Shown here: positions 57,552-64,000 of the stretch, piece after piece
Layout: each line of letters opens with the position of its first letter
Numbering within the stretch: position 1 is the stretch's first letter
Virus record (IMG/VR): IMGVR_UViG_3300007960_000015
Span: 15,507 to 79,506 of that record
Source of the DNA: a virus
DNA: 64,000 nt
Strand: one strand, 5' to 3'
Program-made: the position numbers and the translations under genes
Notes under the pieces: generated by a model
Seen by the model: only the letters and a program-made list of their open reading frames with translations
The model's database searches: none
What the model was told of the DNA's origin: nothing

Positions 57552-59048
57552 ATGGAATTACAAGTCAGAGCAAAGAATTATGCGTTTCTACACGTTAATT
57601 CAGATGATAAAGGTCTTTTACACGAATTAAACGAATTCTTTACCTTTTTCATACCAGGCTATAGATTTATGCCTGCCTACAAGAATAAAATGTGGGATGG
57701 GAAGATAAGACTTCTTGATATGAGAAGTCAGACAATCTATGCTGGTTTATTCAGATATATCCAAGAATTTTGTGATGAAAGAGGTTATTCTTTAGTAGTA
57801 CAAGATGATAATCCTGTTTACTCAAGGCCTGATATTATATACGATGAGAATATCGATTGGCTTAATGATATTACATTATCCTCTAACGGAAAACCTATTA
57901 CACCTAGAGATTATCAAATTGATGCTGTATCTTATGGATTAAAATATAAAAAAGGATTATTAATAAGTCCTACAGCTTCTGGTAAATCATTAGTTATTTA
58001 CTTATTGATTAGATACTTCTTAACTCATTATAAAAGCAAAGTATTATTGATTGTTCCCACTACATCTTTAGTAAAACAAATGTATGGTGACTTTGCTGAT
58101 TATTCACAATTTGATGATAACTTTGATGTTAAAACATGTCATCAAATTATGCAAGGATGTGAAAAGAATAATAAAAACGCAAGGATATACATTTCCACTT
58201 GGCAATCCATTTATCAAATGCCGGCGAAATATTTTCAGCAATTTGGTATGGTTATTGGTGATGAGGCTCATAATTTTAAAGCCAAATCTTTAACTACCAT
58301 TATGACTAAGTCAAGTGAAGCACATTATAGATTTGGTTTAACAGGCACATTAGATGGAACTCAAACACATAAATTAGTATTAGAAGGATTATTTGGTCCA
58401 GTAAAGAATATTACTACTACTAAGGAATTAATGGATCAGGATCATTTAGCAGGCCTGGATATATCAGTATTATTATTAAAATATGATCCTATCATTTCTC
58501 AACAGAATATTAAAAACAAATACCAAGAAGAAGTTAACTTTATTATAAATTACGCTCCACGAAATAATTTTATTAGAAATTTAGCATTAGATCAAGAAGG
58601 TAATACACTTATTCTTTACCAGTTTGTTGAAAAACATGGAAAACCTCTTTATGATTTAATTAAAGAGAAAGCACATCATCGAAGAAAAATATTCTTTGTA
58701 TCTGGTAATACAGATGCAGAACAAAGAGAGAATATAAGAAAGATAACAGAGAATGAATCCAATGCTATTATTGTAGCCTCATTAGGCACATTCTCAACAG
58801 GTATTAATATTCGTAATTTACATAATGTAATATTTGCTTCACCGTCTAAATCCCAAATCAAAATATTACAATCAATAGGAAGAGGATTAAGAAAATCAGA
58901 TGATGGAAGAGTTACTAAATTATTTGATATAGCTGATGATATGCATCATAGAAGAAAGAAAAATTATACATTAAATCATGCAAGTGAGCGAATAAAAATT
59001 TATGCTAAACAGAAGTTTAAGTTTAAAATCTATGAGATTGATATTTGA
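57552..59048 (+). CDS. uvsW: DNA helicase UvsW
   Basis: PRDYQ, SPTASGKS, GDEAH, GLTGT, QSIGRGLR. Confidence 0.95.
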   Translation: MELQVRAKNYAFLHVNSDDKGLLHELNEFFTFFIPGYRFMPAYKNKMWDGKIRLLDMRSQTIYAGLFRYIQEFCDERGYSLVVQDDNPVYSRPDIIYDENIDWLNDITLSSNGKPITPRDYQIDAVSYGLKYKKGLLISPTASGKSLVIYLLIRYFLTHYKSKVLLIVPTTSLVKQMYGDFADYSQFDDNFDVKTCHQIMQGCEKNNKNARIYISTWQSIYQMPAKYFQQFGMVIGDEAHNFKAKSLTTIMTKSSEAHYRFGLTGTLDGTQTHKLVLEGLFGPVKNITTTKELMDQDHLAGLDISVLLLKYDPIISQQNIKNKYQEEVNFIINYAPRNNFIRNLALDQEGNTLILYQFVEKHGKPLYDLIKEKAHHRRKIFFVSGNTDAEQRENIRKITENESNAIIVASLGTFSTGINIRNLHNVIFASPSKSQIKILQSIGRGLRKSDDGRVTKLFDIADDMHHRRKKNYTLNHASERIKIYAKQKFKFKIYEIDI

Positions 59049-59059
59049 TAAATAATATT

Positions 59060-59395
59060 ATGATTAAATCACCTGTAACATTAGAAGAATTAAACATTAG
59101 ATATTTAAAACTAATGAATGGAGATTCTATAATAGCTTTTGTTCATGAACCAATAAAGGGTACTAATTCTATTCCTATAGAAGAACCTATGAAAATAGCT
59201 ATTGATCATAATCAACATTATACATTAGAAGATTATATGCCTTTTACTACTTCTAAAGTATATAAACTAGATAGTTACAATATATTAATGGAATCTCCTG
59301 TAGATACAGATATGAAAGCTACTTACTTAAAGATAGTGTTAGGTGATGAAGATGAAGACATTGAATTCCCTGATGGGGACTATAAGGTCCATTAA
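59060..59395 (+). CDS. Conserved T4-like hypothetical protein (Sm-like fold candidate)
   Basis: LKLMNGDSIIA motif; position between uvsW and gp55. Confidence 0.55.
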   Translation: MIKSPVTLEELNIRYLKLMNGDSIIAFVHEPIKGTNSIPIEEPMKIAIDHNQHYTLEDYMPFTTSKVYKLDSYNILMESPVDTDMKATYLKIVLGDEDEDIEFPDGDYKVH

Positions 59396-59439
59396 GTATA
59401 TTCTACCCTTCCCTAACAAGTTATTTTATATAGAGGTTT

Positions 59440-59495
59440 TAGCCCAAAAAACTTAAACTATTATGGGCTATAAGCCATAGCCCAAATGGGCTATA
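59440..59495. repeat. TAGCCCA/TGGGCTA palindromic repeat cluster
   Basis: Four half-sites, including the ATAGCCCA-AA-TGGGCTAT inverted repeat at 59477-59494. Confidence 0.75.
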
Positions 59496-59513
59496 GATTT
59501 AATTATGAAAAAA

Positions 59514-59522
59514 TGTTATAAT
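59514..59522 (+). promoter_or_regulatory. Extended -10 element (TGTTATAAT) upstream of gp55
   Basis: TGnTATAAT with no canonical -35. Confidence 0.45.
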
Positions 59523-59550
59523 ATTAATATGTTTAATGTGAGATGAGAAG

Positions 59551-60087
59551 ATGACTGAAAAAATCAAACCTAAAGACAAACCCCATTACGTTAACAATAG
59601 AGACTTTTCTTATGCTGTAGTAGACTACGTTAAGGAATGTAGAAAATGTGATGAGGAAGGAATAGAAAGACCGAAAGTAACAGATTATATCGCTACATGC
59701 TTCATGAAAATTTGTGAAGGATTGTCACATAAATCTAATTTTATTCGTTACACATATCGTGATGAAATGGTAATGGATGCTGTTGAGAATTGTTTAAAGG
59801 CTATTCATAATTATAATATCGAAGCAGCTACAAGAACAGGAAAACCTAATGCATTTTCTTATTTCACACAAATAGCCTATTTTGCCTTTATTAGAAGAAT
59901 CACTAAGGAAAAGAAACAGGCTGATATTAAGACTAGATTTTTAGAACAAGCAGACGTAGAACAATTCATTGATAATATCGATCAAAGTTCACCTGAGGAT
60001 CAAGCTTTTGTGGACAGACTAAGGGATAAGATATCTTCGTTAAAAGAAAAAGACGAAGCTGTTAAAGAATTTGCTAAGAAACAATGA
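59551..60087 (+). CDS. gp55: Late-transcription sigma factor gp55
   Basis: HYVNN, NFIRYTYRDEMVMDAVENC, NAFSYFTQIAYFAFIRRI.KEKKQ. Confidence 0.95.
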   Translation: MTEKIKPKDKPHYVNNRDFSYAVVDYVKECRKCDEEGIERPKVTDYIATCFMKICEGLSHKSNFIRYTYRDEMVMDAVENCLKAIHNYNIEAATRTGKPNAFSYFTQIAYFAFIRRITKEKKQADIKTRFLEQADVEQFIDNIDQSSPEDQAFVDRLRDKISSLKEKDEAVKEFAKKQ

Positions 60088-61145
60088 GTAAAGTTGCTAT
60101 ATTAAACGATACTCATTGTGGTATTAGAAATAGTTCTGAAATTTTTATTGAGTATCAAGAAAAGTTTTATCAAGAAGTTTTCTTTCCTTATTGTGATAAG
60201 CATAACATTAAACAAATAGTCCATTTAGGTGATTATTACGATCATAGGAAAAATATCAACTTTAAAGCATTAAGACGTAATCGTTATATGTTTTTAGAGC
60301 CTATGAAGGAAAGAGGAATGAAAATGGATATTATTCCTGGTAATCATGATACATTCCATAAGAATACTAATGACTTATGTTCTTTAAAAGAATTACTTGG
60401 ATATTACACATCTACAGTTAATATCTTTATGAAGCCAACTAAAGTTAATTATGGCGGAGAAGATATACACTTTATACCTTGGATTAATGAAGAGAATTAT
60501 AAAACATCCATTGATTACATTAAACAAAATAAAGGTATATTAATGGCTCACTTAGAGCTAACTGGATTTGATATGATGAAAGGGATGGTGAATAAGCATG
60601 GTATGGATCATAATATATTCTCTAATTATGATATGGTATTGTCTGGTCATTTCCATACTAAATCATCAAAAGACAATGTTCATTATTTAGGATCTCAAAT
60701 GGAATTTACTTGGAATGATGCTGGTGATCCGAAGTACTTTCATATCTTAGATACCGAATCTAAGGAACTCACTCCTGTATTAAATCCTAATCCATTATTT
60801 GAAAAAGTTTATTATGATGATACAAATAAAGATTACCACAAAATAGATGTGGGATATTTAAGGAATAAATTTGTAAAGGTTATTGTAGATAAGAAAAACG
60901 ACCCGTTTATGTTTGATAAGTTTGTAGACAGGATTTCTGATTTAAACACACATGAGTTAAAGATAGTTGAAAATTTCCAAGAGTTTTTAGGTGAGAATGT
61001 AGAATCTAATATGGAAAATGTAGAAAATACATCAGAACTTATGATGCACTATATCGATTCGGTTACTACTGATTTGGATAAAGACAGAGTAAAAACTTTA
61101 ATGAACTCGCTTCATACTGAAGCACTCGATATGGAGATACAATGA
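60084..61145 (+). CDS. gp47: Recombination endonuclease gp47 (Mre11/SbcD-like)
   Basis: DTHCG, HLGD, GNHD, SGHFH. Confidence 0.95.
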   Translation: MSKVAILNDTHCGIRNSSEIFIEYQEKFYQEVFFPYCDKHNIKQIVHLGDYYDHRKNINFKALRRNRYMFLEPMKERGMKMDIIPGNHDTFHKNTNDLCSLKELLGYYTSTVNIFMKPTKVNYGGEDIHFIPWINEENYKTSIDYIKQNKGILMAHLELTGFDMMKGMVNKHGMDHNIFSNYDMVLSGHFHTKSSKDNVHYLGSQMEFTWNDAGDPKYFHILDTESKELTPVLNPNPLFEKVYYDDTNKDYHKIDVGYLRNKFVKVIVDKKNDPFMFDKFVDRISDLNTHELKIVENFQEFLGENVESNMENVENTSELMMHYIDSVTTDLDKDRVKTLMNSLHTEALDMEIQ

Positions 61146-61240
61146 AAGCCTTGCATACCTACATGGATGATATTTTAAGGGAATTAGAAGAAATCAAAAA
61201 GAAATTGGAAGAACTAGAGAAAAAGTATGATAACATTTAA
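61142..61240 (+). CDS. 32-aa coiled-coil peptide
   Basis: ATGA-coupled to gp47 with GGAG RBS; bridges to gp46. Confidence 0.4.
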   Translation: MKALHTYMDDILRELEEIKKKLEELEKKYDNI

Positions 61241-62909
61241 AAGTGTACAGTTTAGTAATTTTTTATCTTCTGGCAATAATCCAATAAGAATAGAGCTAAA
61301 CAAAAACAAATCTACTTTAATAGTAGGTCATAATGGTGCTGGTAAATCAACTATATTAGATGCTCTATCTTTCGGATTGTTTGGAAAGCCTCATAGATCT
61401 GTATCTAAGAATCAATTAATCAATAGTGTTAATTTAAAAAATACCGTTGTTGAAGTTGAGTTTAATACACATGGGACAGATTTTAAAATTGTTAGAGGTA
61501 TTAAACCTAATATATTTGAGATATGGCAAGACGGAGTAATGATTGATCAAAGTGCCTCTGTAAGGGATTATCAAAAATATTTAGAACAGAATATTCTTAA
61601 ATTAACACATAAATCATTTCACCAAATTGTTGTATTAGGATCAAGTTCTTTTATTCCATTCATGCAATTGCCTTCTAATCACAGAAGAGAGGTTATTGAG
61701 GATCTATTAGATATTAATATATTCTCTAAAATGAAGATTATCTTAAAAGAAAGGGTTCAAGAGAATAAGGCTAAATTTAAAGCTAATACAGCAGAATTAG
61801 AAGTTCTTAAAGGTAAGATTCAATACTTATCGTCTCATATTGATTCTGTTAAAGAGATTAATAAGAAAGTACATAATGAAAATAATAAATTAAATGATCA
61901 AATCGATAGAGATATTGATAAGTTAAAGGCTAAAGGTATGAATATACTTAATGAGCTTCCAGAAGTTAGTCAAGATGCTCTTTCTGAATTAAATAAAATC
62001 TCAATTGATTTAAATACGAAACAGGCAGAGACTAATAAATCTATATCTGATTTAACGAAAGAACATTCATTTTATATGAATAATGATTCCTGTCCTACAT
62101 GTTCACAAGATTTATCACAACAATTAAAAGCTGATAGAATTAATTCAATCAAAGAATCTGCTAAGTCGTTAAAGGAACAAAATGATAAGCTCACGTCAGA
62201 GAAAAACGATAATGATGTGAAGATAGAAGATATTAAATCGTTATTGGATACTCATAGAAAATTAACTAATGAGATGAAGAATATCCAGACACAAATTAAT
62301 ATGTTGGAAACATCAAAGGTTCAGAAGAAAGAAGAAGTAGATTTATCTAATGAAATATCTGAACTAAAGACATTAAAAACAAAAGCCGATGAATGTGCAT
62401 CAGAGGTCCAGGAATTGGCCACTAAAGGCTTGTATTTCGACGTAGCTCAAGAGTTATTGAAAGATTCAGGTATTCGTACTAAAATTATTAAAGAATATCT
62501 TCCTGTAATGAATACATTAATTAATAAGTATCTTCAAACATTAGATTTCTTTGTCCACTTTAATTTAGATGAATCTTTCAATGAAACAATTAAGAGCAGA
62601 CACAGAGATACATTTGTTTATTCCAATTTTTCAGAAGGTGAAAAACAAAGGATTGATTTATCATTATTATTCGCTTGGAGACAAGTAGCTAAAATGAAGA
62701 ATTCAACTAATACTAATCTATTGATACTCGATGAGACATTTGATTCATCTCTTGATACTGATGGTGTAGATAATCTAATGAAAATATTGTATACGTTAGA
62801 TAAAGATACAAATACTTTTGTAATTTCACATAAACCTGATTTATTAGAATCAAAATTAGAACATAAAATAGAATTTAAGAGACCAAATAACTTTTCAATG
62901 ATCGCATGA
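61227..62909 (+). CDS. gp46: Recombination ATPase gp46 (Rad50/SbcC-like)
   Basis: GHNGAGKS, CPTC zinc hook, FSEGEK signature, LILDE, ISH. Confidence 0.96.
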   Translation: MITFKSVQFSNFLSSGNNPIRIELNKNKSTLIVGHNGAGKSTILDALSFGLFGKPHRSVSKNQLINSVNLKNTVVEVEFNTHGTDFKIVRGIKPNIFEIWQDGVMIDQSASVRDYQKYLEQNILKLTHKSFHQIVVLGSSSFIPFMQLPSNHRREVIEDLLDINIFSKMKIILKERVQENKAKFKANTAELEVLKGKIQYLSSHIDSVKEINKKVHNENNKLNDQIDRDIDKLKAKGMNILNELPEVSQDALSELNKISIDLNTKQAETNKSISDLTKEHSFYMNNDSCPTCSQDLSQQLKADRINSIKESAKSLKEQNDKLTSEKNDNDVKIEDIKSLLDTHRKLTNEMKNIQTQINMLETSKVQKKEEVDLSNEISELKTLKTKADECASEVQELATKGLYFDVAQELLKDSGIRTKIIKEYLPVMNTLINKYLQTLDFFVHFNLDESFNETIKSRHRDTFVYSNFSEGEKQRIDLSLLFAWRQVAKMKNSTNTNLLILDETFDSSLDTDGVDNLMKILYTLDKDTNTFVISHKPDLLESKLEHKIEFKRPNNFSMIA

Positions 62910-63142
62910 TTATAACAGATAAACTATTAGAAAGAGTAGGTGCTGTAGTAGGTATCTCAGGTGGCTTATTAGTGGCTTTAAATATCCATGAATATTCAAG
63001 ATGGGGTTTTGTATGCTTTTTAATTTCTTCTGGTGTTTTGGGTTGGTTAGGACTACGTAAACAAATGTATTCATTCTTCTGGATGCAAATGGTATTTCAA
63101 GTAATTAATTCTTTAGGTGTTTATCGCTGGTTTTTCGCATAG
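62906..63142 (+). CDS. Small three-TM membrane protein
   Basis: Hydrophobic 78 aa ORF, ATGA-coupled. Confidence 0.6.
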   Translation: MIITDKLLERVGAVVGISGGLLVALNIHEYSRWGFVCFLISSGVLGWLGLRKQMYSFFWMQMVFQVINSLGVYRWFFA

Positions 63143-63202
63143 CCCATCTGGAGTATATTTCTCTATCCCATCTGGGCTATAAAGATATAGCCCAAAAAAC
63201 TT
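63139..63202. repeat. Second TAGCCCA/TGGGCTA palindromic repeat cluster
   Basis: ATAGCCCATCTGGAGTAT, CTATCCCATCTGGGCTAT, TAGCCCAAAAAACTT. Confidence 0.75.
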
Positions 63203-63223
63203 CAAAAATAATCACTTTTTTCG

Positions 63224-63252
63224 TTGACATTTCCCCAAAATAAGCGTATAAT
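63224..63252 (+). promoter_or_regulatory. Sigma70-type (early) promoter
   Basis: TTGACA-17 bp-TATAAT perfect consensus with an A/T-rich upstream region. Confidence 0.85.
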
Positions 63253-63284
63253 GTAATTATAGCAATTGAGAAAAAGGTAATATT

Positions 63285-64000
63285 ATGAATTTAAACGCGC
63301 AAGAATATCTAGCTAAGTTGCTCGCAAATGAGGACATTACAGTTAGACGCGGTCAATTTGAAACAGCATCGTTTGATGTTGTAAATAGAGTTCTTAATCT
63401 TCCAATCTGGAAGGATCGTGGAAAGGATGTAAATGATCTAATGATCGGTCATGAAGTTGGTCATGCTTTATATACACCTGTAGAAGGATGGCATGATTGT
63501 GAAGAAGAGATACCTGGTGTTCCACGTTCACTAATTAATATCATTGAAGATATTCGTATCGAAGCAAAAATTCAAGAAACATATCCTGGTATTGTTCGTG
63601 CTTTTACTAAAGGTTATAAAGTATTATTCGAAGATGGTTTCTTCGGTCCTGAGTCTAAATTTGCTAATTACAATTTCGCTGATCGTTTAAATATTCATGC
63701 TAAAGGTCGTTCATTATCTACAGTTGAGTTTTCTGCTGAGGAAATGCCTTATTTAAATATGGCAATGAATGTTAAGACATGGGAAGATGTTTTAGCAGCT
63801 GCTAAGGCTATTGCTGAATTTATGGATGTTAAGAAATCTGAAGAAGAAGATGATATGAAAGGTGAAGATGAATCTGGTGATAATGGTGCTGCAAATGATG
63901 GTGCTGGTGAGTCTGATTCTGGTGCACCATCGGATTCTGAAGGTAAAACTGAAGACAAAAAAGAAGCTAAAGATGAAGTATCTGAAGGTGAAGGTGAAAA
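63285..64000 (+). CDS. HExxH peptidase-like (CobT/VWA-associated type) protein, 3'-truncated
   Basis: MNLNAQEYLAKLLANEDI...TASFDV.NRVL.LPIW...GHEVGHALYTP...NIIEDIRIE followed by an acidic linker; open to the window end. Confidence 0.75.
   Translation, partial: MNLNAQEYLAKLLANEDITVRRGQFETASFDVVNRVLNLPIWKDRGKDVNDLMIGHEVGHALYTPVEGWHDCEEEIPGVPRSLINIIEDIRIEAKIQETYPGIVRAFTKGYKVLFEDGFFGPESKFANYNFADRLNIHAKGRSLSTVEFSAEEMPYLNMAMNVKTWEDVLAAAKAIAEFMDVKKSEEEDDMKGEDESGDNGAANDGAGESDSGAPSDSEGKTEDKKEAKDEVSEGEGE

Noticed and set aside
59440-59495. Repeat cluster as a mini-CRISPR
   Set aside because: Units are 7-18 nt palindromes without regular spacers; no cas genes.
44678-62909. Inteins, introns or homing endonucleases in core genes; tRNA genes
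   Set aside because: Core genes are uninterrupted and of normal or short length; no LAGLIDADG/GIY-YIG/HNH motifs or cloverleafs recognised.

Overview
AT-rich 64 kb segment of a T4-like myovirus, probably from a marine/aquatic Gram-negative host (inferred from the TRAP/TTT transporter genes and a lipoprotein; the host cannot be determined from this window). Layout: (i) tail-fibre/adhesin genes interleaved with three asparagine-synthetase-like PP-loop proteins, a DctP and a 2OG-Fe(II) oxygenase (1-13.4 kb); (ii) a ~20 kb modification island with ten radical SAM enzymes, a Cys-rich S74-chaperoned fibre-like protein, nucleotide-sugar enzymes, an amidinotransferase, GT-like and kinase-like pairs and deacetylases (13.4-33.1 kb); (iii) membrane/transport genes, including a reverse-strand tctA-tctC-oxygenase unit (33-38 kb); (iv) a PAAR protein with a long extension carrying an ADP-ribosyltransferase-like motif, plus a transglycosylase-like gene; (v) the T4 core gp13-gp23, gp3, uvsY, uvsW, gp55, gp47 and gp46, with TATAAATA late promoters and two perfect sigma70 promoters. 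Best candidate novel system: radical-SAM/SPASM (RiPP-like) post-translational modification of a Cys-rich virion fibre. Second: a PAAR spike-tip-fused effector. All protein calls come from motif recognition by eye; no database search was run.
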